Assembly (NCBI GenBank): GCA_017502975.1
Contig: JAFVTV010000038.1
Span: forward strand, 12,194 to 76,193
Length of the DNA stretch: 64,000 nt
Direction: 5' to 3'
Source: Clostridia bacterium
GTDB taxonomy: Bacteria > Bacillota > Clostridia > Oscillospirales > CAG-272
The translations under genes were made by a program, and so were the position numbers. Numbering within the stretch: the first letter of the stretch is position 1; each line of letters starts with the position of its first letter. Below the pieces are notes generated by a model. It made no database searches. It saw only the letters and a list, made by a program, of their open reading frames with translations, and had not been told where the DNA came from. Of this stretch, positions 29,632 to 38,758 are shown in pieces.

Positions 29632-30666
29632 TCACAGGGCGCAGATCAACTGCTCGATCGGGTCATAATCGGCATAAGAGCTTTTCAGCGCAAGGTCGGT
29701 CTTGGCAACAAGCGCAATGACGCGTGCCAATCGCTGCGGACCTGTGCGCGCAAGGGACTTGGCTAGAAGCCCCACCTTATATTCGTGCATTTTGAGAACA
29801 GCGGAAATTTCCTTGTTGCTTTTACCCGCTTCAAGAAGCACCTGTACACCCTGCAGCTCCGAAAAGATGCGCGCGATCTCACCAAGGATCACGGTTGGCT
29901 CAACACGCTCAAACTTCAGCACCGCCAAAGCATCGAGCGCGGCGCGCCCGTCGCCTGCGAGAATGGCGTTTGAGAGGGCAAAGGCATCAGGGAGCATGGC
30001 GGGCACGGCAACCGTTTGGATATCGGATACCGCAACCTCGGTGCGCCCGTGCTCCTTTACATAACAGGCAAGCTTTTCTATCTCGTTTGCCAGCACGAAC
30101 ATCGTTTTGCCTGCGTGTGCGATGAGCGCCGTGCAGACCTCGGGTGCGGCAGCAACACCGTAATGCGCAAAATGCTTGGATGCCCAGCGCGCCAAGCGCG
30201 CGTCGGTGGGTGCAACAAACTCCACGGGCGTGGTTACCTCGGCAAGCTTTTTGAATACCGTTGAAGGTTTTTTGGGCAAAAAGCCCTCGTCGATCAGCCC
30301 TGCCGCCACAAGTAAAATGATGCAGTTGAAGTCATATTCCTCAAGCTCGGCAAGCACCGCGGTGAGCGCATCGAGATCGCTGCTCTTCATGGTGCGAAAA
30401 TCAAAGCCGCGCAGTACAATAAGGCGGGCATCGGTCATCATAGGCGGCGCCGCCATGGCGTCAAGGAGCCTGTCGGGGGTGTAATCGGTAAAATCTATGG
30501 TAACGTCATTGAAAAACGCCATAGCGGGGTCGGGGCAAAGGGTTGCGCGCGTTTCGCGCACGGCGGCTGCCTTGAGGTAATCCTCCTCGCCAAAAAAGAG
30601 GAACGCGCGCCCCGGCGCCTTTGCGATATTCTTGCGGTATTCTTCATCCCTGATGATCGCGTTCAC
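29632..30666 (-). CDS. holA: DNA polymerase III delta subunit
   Basis: 344 aa. The N-terminus (FLFFGEEDYL) and overall HolA-like layout support the call. GTG start after AGGGGGG. Confidence 0.75.
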   Translation of the reverse strand: MNAIIRDEEYRKNIAKAPGRAFLFFGEEDYLKAAAVRETRATLCPDPAMAFFNDVTIDFTDYTPDRLLDAMAAPPMMTDARLIVLRGFDFRTMKSSDLDALTAVLAELEEYDFNCIILLVAAGLIDEGFLPKKPSTVFKKLAEVTTPVEFVAPTDARLARWASKHFAHYGVAAAPEVCTALIAHAGKTMFVLANEIEKLACYVKEHGRTEVAVSDIQTVAVPAMLPDAFALSNAILAGDGRAALDALAVLKFERVEPTVILGEIARIFSELQGVQVLLEAGKSNKEISAVLKMHEYKVGLLAKSLARTGPQRLARVIALVAKTDLALKSSYADYDPIEQLICAL

Positions 30667-30778
30667 GGCAAAGCCCCCCTTTTAAAAATACATCTTTATT
30701 ATACTCTTCCTTATAGGCTTTTGTCAATCATATAGAATTTTTTATGAAAGAAAAAATCAAAAAACTTGCAAAAAACAC

Positions 30779-30807
30779 TTGCGCACGGGCGCCTTGAGTG
30801 TTATAAT
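30779..30807 (+). promoter_or_regulatory. Sigma-A-type promoter for the GMP synthase gene
   Basis: TTGCGC, 17 nt spacer, TATAAT with an upstream TG. Confidence 0.45.
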
Positions 30808-30871
30808 AAAAAATATCAAAAAACAAAGTGTCGCAACACTCTGCGGCAAAATATACAAGGAGGAAAAAACA

Positions 30872-31879
30872 ATGGCATTTGATCCCAACAAAAGACCCGA
30901 CGATATGGCTCGTATTACCACAAAAGAGCTGGCGGATCGCTTCATCGAGGAGCAGGTAAACGCGGTACGAGCACAGGTAGGCAACAAAAAGGTGCTTCTC
31001 GCGTTGTCGGGTGGTGTAGATTCCTCCGTTGTGGCGGCTTTGCTCATCAAGGCGATCGGCAAGCAGCTTATTTGCGTGCACGTTAACCATGGCCTTATGC
31101 GCAAGGGCGAGAGCGAGCAGGTGATCGAGGTGTTTGGCAAGGCGCTTGACGCAAACCTCGTTTATGTTGATGCAACCGACCGCTTCCTTGATCTTCCTGC
31201 AGGCGTCAGCGACCCCGAGAGCAAGAGAAAGATCATCGGTAAGGAGTTTATCGAGGTCTTTGCCGACGAGGCAAGAAAGCTCGAGGGCGTAGAGTTCCTT
31301 GCACAAGGCACCATTTATCCCGATATTCTCGAGAGTGTAAAGCAGGCAGAGGGCAAAAAGGCAGTAAAATCTCACCACAACGTGGGCGGCCTTCCCGAGG
31401 ATCTCAAGTTCGAGCTTGTTGAGCCCGTAAAGCTTTTGTTTAAGGACGAGGTAAGAGTTGTTGGTGAGGCGCTGGGGCTCCCCCACGCAATGGTGTACCG
31501 TCAGCCCTTCCCCGGCCCCGGTCTTGGTGTGCGTTGCCTTGGCGCCATTACGCGCGAACGCCTCGCGGCACTGCGCGAGGCAGATGCCATTTTGCGTGAG
31601 GAATTTGATAACTTTGGCCTTGCAGGCAAGGTTTGGCAGTATTTTGTGGTTGTACCGGACATCAAGAGCGTTGGTGTGAAGGACGATAGCCGCTATGAGG
31701 GCTGGCCCGCGATCCTTCGTGCCGTCAACACCAAGGATGCCATGACCGCCACGATCGAGGAGATCCCCTACGAGGTGCTTCATAAGGTCGTTGCTCGTAT
31801 TACGAGCGAGGTGGAGGGAATTAACAGAGTTCTCTATGATCTGACACCCAAACCCACCGGAACGATCGAGTGGGAGTAA
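30872..31879 (+). CDS. guaA: GMP synthase, ATP-pyrophosphatase/dimerisation part only (no glutaminase domain)
   Basis: P-loop SGGVDSS, then HHNVGGLP and the C-terminal dimerisation end TIEWE. The start at 30872 follows aaggagg, giving about 335 aa against about 510-525 aa for fused bacterial GuaA. Confidence 0.85.
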   Translation: MAFDPNKRPDDMARITTKELADRFIEEQVNAVRAQVGNKKVLLALSGGVDSSVVAALLIKAIGKQLICVHVNHGLMRKGESEQVIEVFGKALDANLVYVDATDRFLDLPAGVSDPESKRKIIGKEFIEVFADEARKLEGVEFLAQGTIYPDILESVKQAEGKKAVKSHHNVGGLPEDLKFELVEPVKLLFKDEVRVVGEALGLPHAMVYRQPFPGPGLGVRCLGAITRERLAALREADAILREEFDNFGLAGKVWQYFVVVPDIKSVGVKDDSRYEGWPAILRAVNTKDAMTATIEEIPYEVLHKVVARITSEVEGINRVLYDLTPKPTGTIEWE

Positions 31880-31963
31880 TAACGTTTATCACAGCAAAAA
31901 CAAATTATCGCAAAAAGGTAAATTCGTTTATCGTTTGAGCGTTTTTGCACTACAATAAAAAGA

Positions 31964-32002
31964 AAAGACCTTGCTTCATCCGGGTGATGGATCAAGGTCT
32001 TT
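31964..32002 (+). terminator. Stem-loop after guaA
   Basis: AAAGACCTTG...CAAGGTCTTT followed by GTTACTGTTTT. Confidence 0.6.
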
Positions 32003-32140
32003 GTTACTGTTTTAAGTTGAAATTTGTGATATAATTTGTTGCAGAGCAAAAAAATTTAAAAAATCTATTGACATTTACCCTACGTAAAAACGTAATATCA
32101 TAGTTGCACGATACCGCGAAAGAATGTTGGAGGTAACATT

Positions 32141-33787
32141 ATGCAAATGAAAGGCTTTTTATCGGTTATCGCATCTCTGCTGTTAGCGCTTGTGCTTTGC
32201 TTGTGCTTTACAGCGTGTGGGGAAGAACAGGAGCACGTTCACTCGTTTTCCGCATGGAACACAACAACATCGCCCACCTGTACCACTGAGGGCAGGCAAA
32301 CCAGAACCTGCAGCTCGTGCGATACCTCGGAATACATACCGATTCCGGCGTTGGGGCACAAAAAGGTGATCGACAATGCCGTTGCTGCCACCTGCTTGGC
32401 AGAAGGCAAGACAGAGGGCAGCCATTGCAGTGTTTGTAATATTGTAATCAAGCCGCAAAATACAATTGCCGCGCTTGGGCATACTGCCGTAACAGATGCC
32501 GCGGTTGCACCCACCTGTACTGCACAGGGTAAGACAGAGGGCTCGCACTGCAGTGCTTGTGACGCTATACTTGTTGAGCAGACTGCCATAGAGCCCTTGG
32601 GGCATCAGTACGATGCGGGAGTGGTGGTAACGTCTGCAAGCTGTGTTGCGGCAGGCACAAAGAAATACACCTGCACTGTTGCTACGTGCAAGCATACTTA
32701 TAATGCGCCCTACGACATGGCAACCTTTACCGCAACCGAAATATACGATAAGGCGATTAAATTTGTTGCCGAGATTACGATTTACGACAAAACCGGTGAA
32801 GAAGTAGGCGTTGGCGCGGGCTTTGTATACAGCCGTGACGGAAGAATTGTTACCAATTATCATGTCATTGAGGATGCATACAGCGCAACCGTTACCATAA
32901 ACAAAAAAACCTATGCCGTTTTATCGGTTCTTGCGTTTGATGTCGATATAGATCTGGCGGTTTTGAAGATAAACGCCACGGGCTTAACCGTTGCCAATGT
33001 GTGCAAAAAACCCGTTAAGGTGGGGCAAACGGTTTGGGCGATCGGTTCACCCATGGGGCTGACCAACACGCTTTCGCAGGGTATGATTACCTATGCAGAC
33101 AGAGAATTGTACGACGTATCCTACGTTCAGCACGATGCATCCATTGCGGGCGGCAATTCGGGCGGACCGCTGATCAATGTGCACGGAGAAGTGATTGGCA
33201 TAAACACATTTTATTTTGCGGATTCGCAAAATCTGAATTTTGCTGTTTTTGCAGGCGAGCTCGACAACCTGTACTACGGAACACCGATATCGCTGGCCGA
33301 TCTGTATGAGCTTAATCATGACCCATACAATATTTTGACCAACTGGCTGACTGAAAACTATACCGATTATTCATCCTATGAGATTTGTTATGATGAGATA
33401 CTGGAAGACGCTTGGTTTTCCATCGGAATGGATCTGCAGACCGGGGATCTCTACATTGATGCGCTGTGGGATCTCGGGGATGGGGTAGAGTGCTATGTGC
33501 TGCTGAACCTTTCCTATGACCCCTCGCAATATGTCTATTATGCATGTTTATCTTACGATGGATACCAAAACATAGTGATCGGTCGCATCAACGCCGCCAC
33601 CTTTAACGAAAATACCGTCTTGACCCCGATCACCTATGAGGGAAATTATTGGGATGAGGAGTTGGTTTTGGAACTGTATTGCGCGGGGATTATCGATCTG
33701 TTGTATTGGTTTGATTGGGTAAGCTTTGAGAACGGTATTGGTGTGACGCCGACGGATTTCGGCTTTGCGGCGCTTGAGTGGGTATAA
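32141..33787 (+). CDS. Secreted trypsin-like serine protease (S1C/HtrA-like core) with four N-terminal Cys/His modules
   Basis: Signal/lipoprotein-like N-terminus. Four ~41-aa modules lie at 32234-32716. The protease core shows TNYHVI (His), DLAVLK (Asp) and GNSGGPL (Ser). The C-terminal ~170 aa are unassigned. Confidence 0.8.
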   Translation: MQMKGFLSVIASLLLALVLCLCFTACGEEQEHVHSFSAWNTTTSPTCTTEGRQTRTCSSCDTSEYIPIPALGHKKVIDNAVAATCLAEGKTEGSHCSVCNIVIKPQNTIAALGHTAVTDAAVAPTCTAQGKTEGSHCSACDAILVEQTAIEPLGHQYDAGVVVTSASCVAAGTKKYTCTVATCKHTYNAPYDMATFTATEIYDKAIKFVAEITIYDKTGEEVGVGAGFVYSRDGRIVTNYHVIEDAYSATVTINKKTYAVLSVLAFDVDIDLAVLKINATGLTVANVCKKPVKVGQTVWAIGSPMGLTNTLSQGMITYADRELYDVSYVQHDASIAGGNSGGPLINVHGEVIGINTFYFADSQNLNFAVFAGELDNLYYGTPISLADLYELNHDPYNILTNWLTENYTDYSSYEICYDEILEDAWFSIGMDLQTGDLYIDALWDLGDGVECYVLLNLSYDPSQYVYYACLSYDGYQNIVIGRINAATFNENTVLTPITYEGNYWDEELVLELYCAGIIDLLYWFDWVSFENGIGVTPTDFGFAALEWV

Positions 33788-33824
33788 GCCAAGGCTTGAT
33801 TTTAAAAATAAGGAGTGTTAAGTT

Positions 33825-34322
33825 ATGAAAACTGTAATACATCATGAAATTTACGGACCGATCACATACAGCGAAAGCGATTGGACGGGCAAAAAAGAAA
33901 TATGGTTTGGAAGCACACCGCTTGTGAAGAGAGGAAAGAGTTGCTTTGTGTGGAAAAATCATGAAGGTGTGGAAACGATTGTCACCGTAAAGGGCAATCT
34001 TTTCTCGGGCAGAACGCTTTATATCGGAGCCGAGAGGGTTGAGGTACAGCCTGCTTCAAAATGGTATGAGATCGTTTGCTCTTTTTCCATTCTGCTCTTT
34101 ATTTTGGTTTGGGGTAACAGTGTTACGCTTTGTTCTATTTTGCCGCTTGTGGGTGGTGCGATCGGCGGCGCTATTTCGGGTGGCGCCTCGGTGCTGTGCT
34201 TGCTTGGTATGAAAAAATTTAAAAATGTGGGCGGCAAGCTATTGGTATGGCTTGCGGCGTTTGGGGCAACGGTTTTGATTTGCTTTTTGCTTGGTCTTGC
34301 TATTTTGTCCTTGCTGCTATAA
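33825..34322 (+). CDS. Hypothetical membrane protein
   Basis: 165 aa with a soluble N-terminal ~85 aa followed by three TM segments with a Gly-rich stretch. Confidence 0.5.
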   Translation: MKTVIHHEIYGPITYSESDWTGKKEIWFGSTPLVKRGKSCFVWKNHEGVETIVTVKGNLFSGRTLYIGAERVEVQPASKWYEIVCSFSILLFILVWGNSVTLCSILPLVGGAIGGAISGGASVLCLLGMKKFKNVGGKLLVWLAAFGATVLICFLLGLAILSLLL

Positions 34323-34337
34323 AGAAAGGCTCCGGGG

Positions 34338-34369
34338 GTGCCATCAAATGCATATGCATTTGATGGCAC
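34338..34369. terminator. 32-nt perfect palindrome (probable terminator, possibly an operator)
   Basis: GTGCCATCAAATGCAT|ATGCATTTGATGGCAC, 16 nt after the upstream stop, followed by TCCCATCTTTTTCTT and then a promoter. Confidence 0.6.
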
Positions 34370-34382
34370 TCCCATCTTTTTC

Positions 34383-34412
34383 TTGACAGCAGAGAAGGGC
34401 GTGTGGTATGAT
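34383..34412 (+). promoter_or_regulatory. Sigma-A-type promoter for the ABC operon
   Basis: TTGACA, 18 nt spacer, TGgTATGAT (extended -10). Confidence 0.5.
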
Positions 34413-34550
34413 AAAAGCAGAGATTTGGCAAATAACCCTACAACGGGTGTGCTTTTTTGGGGGTTCAACCGTTGGTATGTGGACTTTTTCTGCCGCAACG
34501 GATATACTAAAGTAAATAAAACGCCGCCGTTGGCGGCAAAAGGAGCGAGT

Positions 34551-35261
34551 ATGTTAAAAATCGAGCACTTGACAAAATGCTATGGCGAGAAAAAGGCAGT
34601 AGATGATCTCTCGCTGCACATTCAAAAGGGCGAGATCTGCGCCTTTATCGGCCACAACGGTGCGGGAAAAACCACCGCTATCAAATCGGTGTGCGGCATC
34701 TTGCGCTTTGATGCGGGCGAGATCTATATTGACGGAATCTCGGTCAAGGAAAACCCACTTGCCGCAAAGCAGCTTATCGCGTATATTCCCGACAATCCCG
34801 ATCTTTACGATTTTATGACGGGCATTGGCTACCTTAACTTTGTAGCTGATATTTTCGGCGTGGATGCCGCCGCGCGCAACGAGCGCATCCATCGCTTTGC
34901 CGATATGCTGGAACTGACAAAGGATCTTGCACAGCCAATCTCTGCCTACTCGCACGGTATGAAGCAAAAGCTTGCCATTATTTCGGCGCTCGTACACGAG
35001 CCGCGCTTGCTTGTAATGGATGAGCCCTTTGTCGGGCTTGACCCCAAGGCGGCGCACCTCTTAAAGGAGCTGATGCGCGAGATGTGCCGCGAGGGCACGG
35101 CGATCTTTTTCTCCACACACGTTTTGGAGGTTGCCGAAAAGCTTTGTGACAAGGTTGCCATTATCAAGGGTGGCAAGCTCATTCGCGCGGGCAAAATGGA
35201 GGAGGTAAAGGGCGACACCTCGCTTGAAGCCGTCTTCCTTGAGCTGGAGGGTGAGCAATGA
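34551..35261 (+). CDS. ABC transporter ATP-binding protein
   Basis: Walker A GHNGAGKTT, signature YSHGMKQKL, Walker B LLVMDEP. The start at 34551 follows aaaaggag; the listed 34338 start is an upstream extension. Confidence 0.9.
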   Translation: MLKIEHLTKCYGEKKAVDDLSLHIQKGEICAFIGHNGAGKTTAIKSVCGILRFDAGEIYIDGISVKENPLAAKQLIAYIPDNPDLYDFMTGIGYLNFVADIFGVDAAARNERIHRFADMLELTKDLAQPISAYSHGMKQKLAIISALVHEPRLLVMDEPFVGLDPKAAHLLKELMREMCREGTAIFFSTHVLEVAEKLCDKVAIIKGGKLIRAGKMEEVKGDTSLEAVFLELEGEQ

Positions 35262-36859
35262 TCAAGGCTCTTTTTAAAAAGCAGATGCTTGAGGTCTTTT
35301 CTTATCTCTTTATGACAAATAAGAAAAAGACCCGTCGCACGGGCAAGGCGCTTGCCTATACCTTGGTGCTTTACGGCTTTTTGTTTGCCTACCTTTGTGT
35401 GATGCTCTTTTTCATGGCAAGGTTCCTTTGCGAGGCGCTTGTGCCGTTGGGGCTCACGTGGTTCTATTTTGCTATCATGGCGTTGATGTCCCTTGTGATG
35501 GGCATCATCGGCAGTGTATTTAACACCTACACAACACTGTATCAGGCAAAGGATAACGACACCCTCTTGGCCATGCCCATTCCGCCCCGTTATATCCTGC
35601 TCGTGCGCCTTGCGGGTGTTTACGTATCGGGCCTGTTTTTTGAGCTTTTGGTGATGCTTCCCGCAACGGTTGCGTGGTTTATGTATGGCGAGGTGACGGC
35701 GCTTGGCGCGATCTTTGCCGTGCTCCTGCCCTTTGTGCTTTCCTTTTTCGTGCTGTCACTTTCCTGCCTTTTGGGGCTGCTGGTGGCGGCGATCGCCGCG
35801 CGTATCCGCCACAAGTCGCTTGTCATTACGCTCCTTTCGCTCGGCTTTCTCGCGCTTTATTTCTGGGGCTACAGCAAGCTGATGAGCTCGCTTACGGACC
35901 TGATGACCGTGCTCGGCGATATTGCCCAAAGGGTAAAGGGCCCCTTGTTCCTTTTCTACCATATGGGGCGCGCCGCCGAAGGGGAGGCGCTTTCGATGCT
36001 GATCTTTACGGGTATCGTGCTCGGTATTTTCCTTTTGATCTATCTCTTGCTCTCGCATAGCTTTCTCACGCTTGCCACCACCAACAGGGGGGCGGCAAGA
36101 AAAGCATATAAGCGCGAGCGCACCGCGCAAAGGAGCGTTGGCAGGGCATTGCTCGTGAGGGAACTGAAGCACTTTGCTTCAAGCTCCGTTTATATGCTGA
36201 ACTGCGGGCTCGGCGCGCTGATGCTGCCCCTTATGGGCATTATGCTGCTGATATTTAAGGACGACGTGCGTGCAATGCTCCCTCTATTTGAGGCAATGCT
36301 CGGAGGCGCTGACGTGATATATCTGCTCTTTGCGGCATTTGTGTGTATGATGACGTCAATGATCGATCTCACCGCCCCCTCGGTATCGCTTGAGGGCAAA
36401 AATATTTGGATCGTGCAATCGCTCCCCGTTGAGCCGCGCAGGGTGCTGTATGCAAAGCTCCTTTTGCACCTGCTCATCGGCGTGCCCGCGGCATTGGTTG
36501 CGGCGGTATGTCTTTTGATCGCCATTTCTCCCTCGCTACCGTTTTTGATCCTCATTCCGCTTGCCATGCTGCTGTTTTTGCTGTTCATTGCACTGTTTGG
36601 ATTATTTATGAATCTGAAAGCACCAAACCTCTCTTGGGCAAACGAAACAGTGCCTGTCAAGCAATCCATGAGCGTAACCGTTACGCTTTTTGGCGGCTGG
36701 GTGCTCACTGCAGCTTTGGGTGCTCTTTACGTACCCCTGCACGGGCACGTGGCGCCCGCCCTTTACCTCGCGCTTGTGTGCTTGCTGCTGGCAGGTGCTT
36801 GCACAGCGCTTTTCCTGTGGATCAGAAAAAAGGGCGCGGAGATCTTTGCAACGTTATAA
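35258..36859 (+). CDS. Multi-pass membrane protein, putative ABC exporter permease
   Basis: 533 aa with about 12 hydrophobic segments. It overlaps the ATPase stop by 4 nt. Confidence 0.7.
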   Translation: MIKALFKKQMLEVFSYLFMTNKKKTRRTGKALAYTLVLYGFLFAYLCVMLFFMARFLCEALVPLGLTWFYFAIMALMSLVMGIIGSVFNTYTTLYQAKDNDTLLAMPIPPRYILLVRLAGVYVSGLFFELLVMLPATVAWFMYGEVTALGAIFAVLLPFVLSFFVLSLSCLLGLLVAAIAARIRHKSLVITLLSLGFLALYFWGYSKLMSSLTDLMTVLGDIAQRVKGPLFLFYHMGRAAEGEALSMLIFTGIVLGIFLLIYLLLSHSFLTLATTNRGAARKAYKRERTAQRSVGRALLVRELKHFASSSVYMLNCGLGALMLPLMGIMLLIFKDDVRAMLPLFEAMLGGADVIYLLFAAFVCMMTSMIDLTAPSVSLEGKNIWIVQSLPVEPRRVLYAKLLLHLLIGVPAALVAAVCLLIAISPSLPFLILIPLAMLLFLLFIALFGLFMNLKAPNLSWANETVPVKQSMSVTVTLFGGWVLTAALGALYVPLHGHVAPALYLALVCLLLAGACTALFLWIRKKGAEIFATL

Positions 36860-36863
36860 TGTA

Positions 36864-36900
36864 AAAACACCCCAAAACGCAGCACGTTTTGGGGTGTTTT
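36864..36900 (+). terminator. 37-nt hairpin, copy A
   Basis: AAAACACCCCAAAACG-CAGCA-CGTTTTGGGGTGTTTT (16-bp perfect stem, T-run included), 5 nt after the permease stop. Confidence 0.85.
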
Positions 36901-37078
36901 GCTTTTATTTATCTTTTATACAGTGTTGCTTGACGATAAAAATTATAGGCATTGTCGGTTTTATCAATAGGAAGCATTCCTGCGTGCCTGTGAATTGAAA
37001 AACAACACCGTTTGTGGTATAATAAAGTAACACGCCTTGTTTGAAACAAAATTTCTCAAGCAAATAAAAGGAGCAACC

Positions 37079-37732
37079 ATGAAAACGATACTAATCATCG
37101 ACGACGATATCCATATTGGAGATATGCTGACAGAGGTGTTGGAGCGTGAGGGCTATGGTGTTTTGCGCGCGTATTCGGGCACGGAAGCGTTATTGCTGCT
37201 TTCACAGAAAACGCCCGATCTTGTGCTGCTTGACCTGATGCTCCCCGGGCTTTCGGGTGAGGAGGTCTTGCCCAAAATTAAGAACATTCCCGTCATTGTG
37301 GTAAGTGCCAAAATAGACGTGCAGGACAAGGTGGATCTTTTGCTTGGCGGGGCGGCGGATTACGTCACAAAGCCCTTTGATACCAAGGAATTGCTTGCAA
37401 GAATTTCGGTGGCGCTACGAAACACATCGGCGCAAGTGCCACTTTTGCATTACGATGCGATTACCTTGAACACGGCAAGCTATGCCGTGTTTGTTGACGG
37501 TGCCGAGGTCAAGCTGACGCGCACGGAGTTTGCCATCCTCAAATATCTGATGCAAAACAGTGCACAGGCACTTTCCAAGTCGCAATTACTTGACCGTATT
37601 GCCCTTGATACACCCGATTGTACCGAAGGCTCGCTAAAAATTCATGTTAGCAATCTGCGAAAAAAACTGCGTGACGTGTCGGGGAAAGATTATATTGAAG
37701 CTGTTTGGGGCATCGGTTTTAAGTTGAAATAA
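37079..37732 (+). CDS. OmpR-family response regulator
   Basis: Receiver domain (ILIIDDD, LVLLDLMLPG) plus a winged-helix output (VWGIGFKL). I chose the start at 37079 (RBS aaaggag). Confidence 0.9.
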   Translation: MKTILIIDDDIHIGDMLTEVLEREGYGVLRAYSGTEALLLLSQKTPDLVLLDLMLPGLSGEEVLPKIKNIPVIVVSAKIDVQDKVDLLLGGAADYVTKPFDTKELLARISVALRNTSAQVPLLHYDAITLNTASYAVFVDGAEVKLTRTEFAILKYLMQNSAQALSKSQLLDRIALDTPDCTEGSLKIHVSNLRKKLRDVSGKDYIEAVWGIGFKLK

Positions 37733-37843
37733 GGCAAAAAACCGCAAAATGAAAATCTTTACGAAATCTTAACCCTTTTCTTTACCGCTACCTTAACCGC
37801 TTTGCGGTAAGATATCGGCAACATCCAAAAGGAGGAGTTCGAG

Positions 37844-38758
37844 ATGGAATACGTACTCACAACACAAAACTTATCCAAATCCTACCGCAAATTTCAGGCG
37901 CTCGATAATTTCACCATGCGCGTGCCAAAGGGCGCGATCTATGGCTTTGTCGGCAAGAACGGCGCGGGTAAGACCACGCTCATTCGCCTTGTTTGCGGTC
38001 TGCAAGCGCCCACGGCTGGCTCTTACAGCATCTACGGCATCGACTATAAGGACAAGAGCATTTCAAAGGCGCGCCGCCGCATGGGCGCGGTGGTGGAAAC
38101 GCCCGCGATTTATATGGATATGACCGCCACGGAAAACTTGAAGCAGCAGTATCTTCTGCTCGGACTTCCTTCCTATGAGGGGATCGACGAGCTGCTTTCT
38201 CTTGTGGGGCTTGCGAACACAGGAAAGAAAAAGGCGCGCAACTTCTCGCTTGGTATGAAGCAGCGCCTTGGCATCGCCATCGCGCTTGCGGGCGATCCCG
38301 ATTTTCTCGTGTTGGACGAGCCCGTGAACGGCCTCGATCCACAGGGCATCATCGAGATCCGCGAGCTGATCCTAAAGCTCAACCGCGAGCGACAGATCAC
38401 CGTGCTGATCTCCAGCCATATTCTTGACGAGCTTTCCCGCCTTGCCACGCACTACGGCTTTATTGACAAGGGTAGAATGGTTAAGGAAATGAGCGCCGCG
38501 GAGCTGGAGGCGGCTTGCCGCAAATGTATGCGCGTGGAGGTCAGCAACACCGCCGCGCTGTCGCGCGTGCTGGACGGTATGGGCGTGGAATACAAGATCC
38601 TTACCGACACCACCGCCGATATTTACGCAAAGCTTAATATTTCGGAGCTGACACGCGCGCTCGATAAGAGCGCCTGCGAGCTGCGCGCGATCACCGAGCA
38701 CGATGAATCCCTTGAAAGCTACTTTGTGGGGCTTGTGGGAGGTGGCGAGCGTGAGTAA
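37844..38758 (+). CDS. ABC transporter ATP-binding protein (antimicrobial-peptide/lantibiotic-immunity type)
   Basis: Walker A GKNGAGKTT, signature FSLGMKQRL, Walker B FLVLDEP, and a ~80-aa C-terminal extension. Confidence 0.88.
   Translation: MEYVLTTQNLSKSYRKFQALDNFTMRVPKGAIYGFVGKNGAGKTTLIRLVCGLQAPTAGSYSIYGIDYKDKSISKARRRMGAVVETPAIYMDMTATENLKQQYLLLGLPSYEGIDELLSLVGLANTGKKKARNFSLGMKQRLGIAIALAGDPDFLVLDEPVNGLDPQGIIEIRELILKLNRERQITVLISSHILDELSRLATHYGFIDKGRMVKEMSAAELEAACRKCMRVEVSNTAALSRVLDGMGVEYKILTDTTADIYAKLNISELTRALDKSACELRAITEHDESLESYFVGLVGGGERE

Noticed and set aside
34338-34550. Upstream extension of the ABC ATPase ORF (listed start 34338).
   Set aside because: The extension starts inside the 32-nt palindrome, runs through a promoter-like sequence and has no RBS. 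The canonical ABC N-terminus (MLKIEHLTK) at 34551 has a good RBS.
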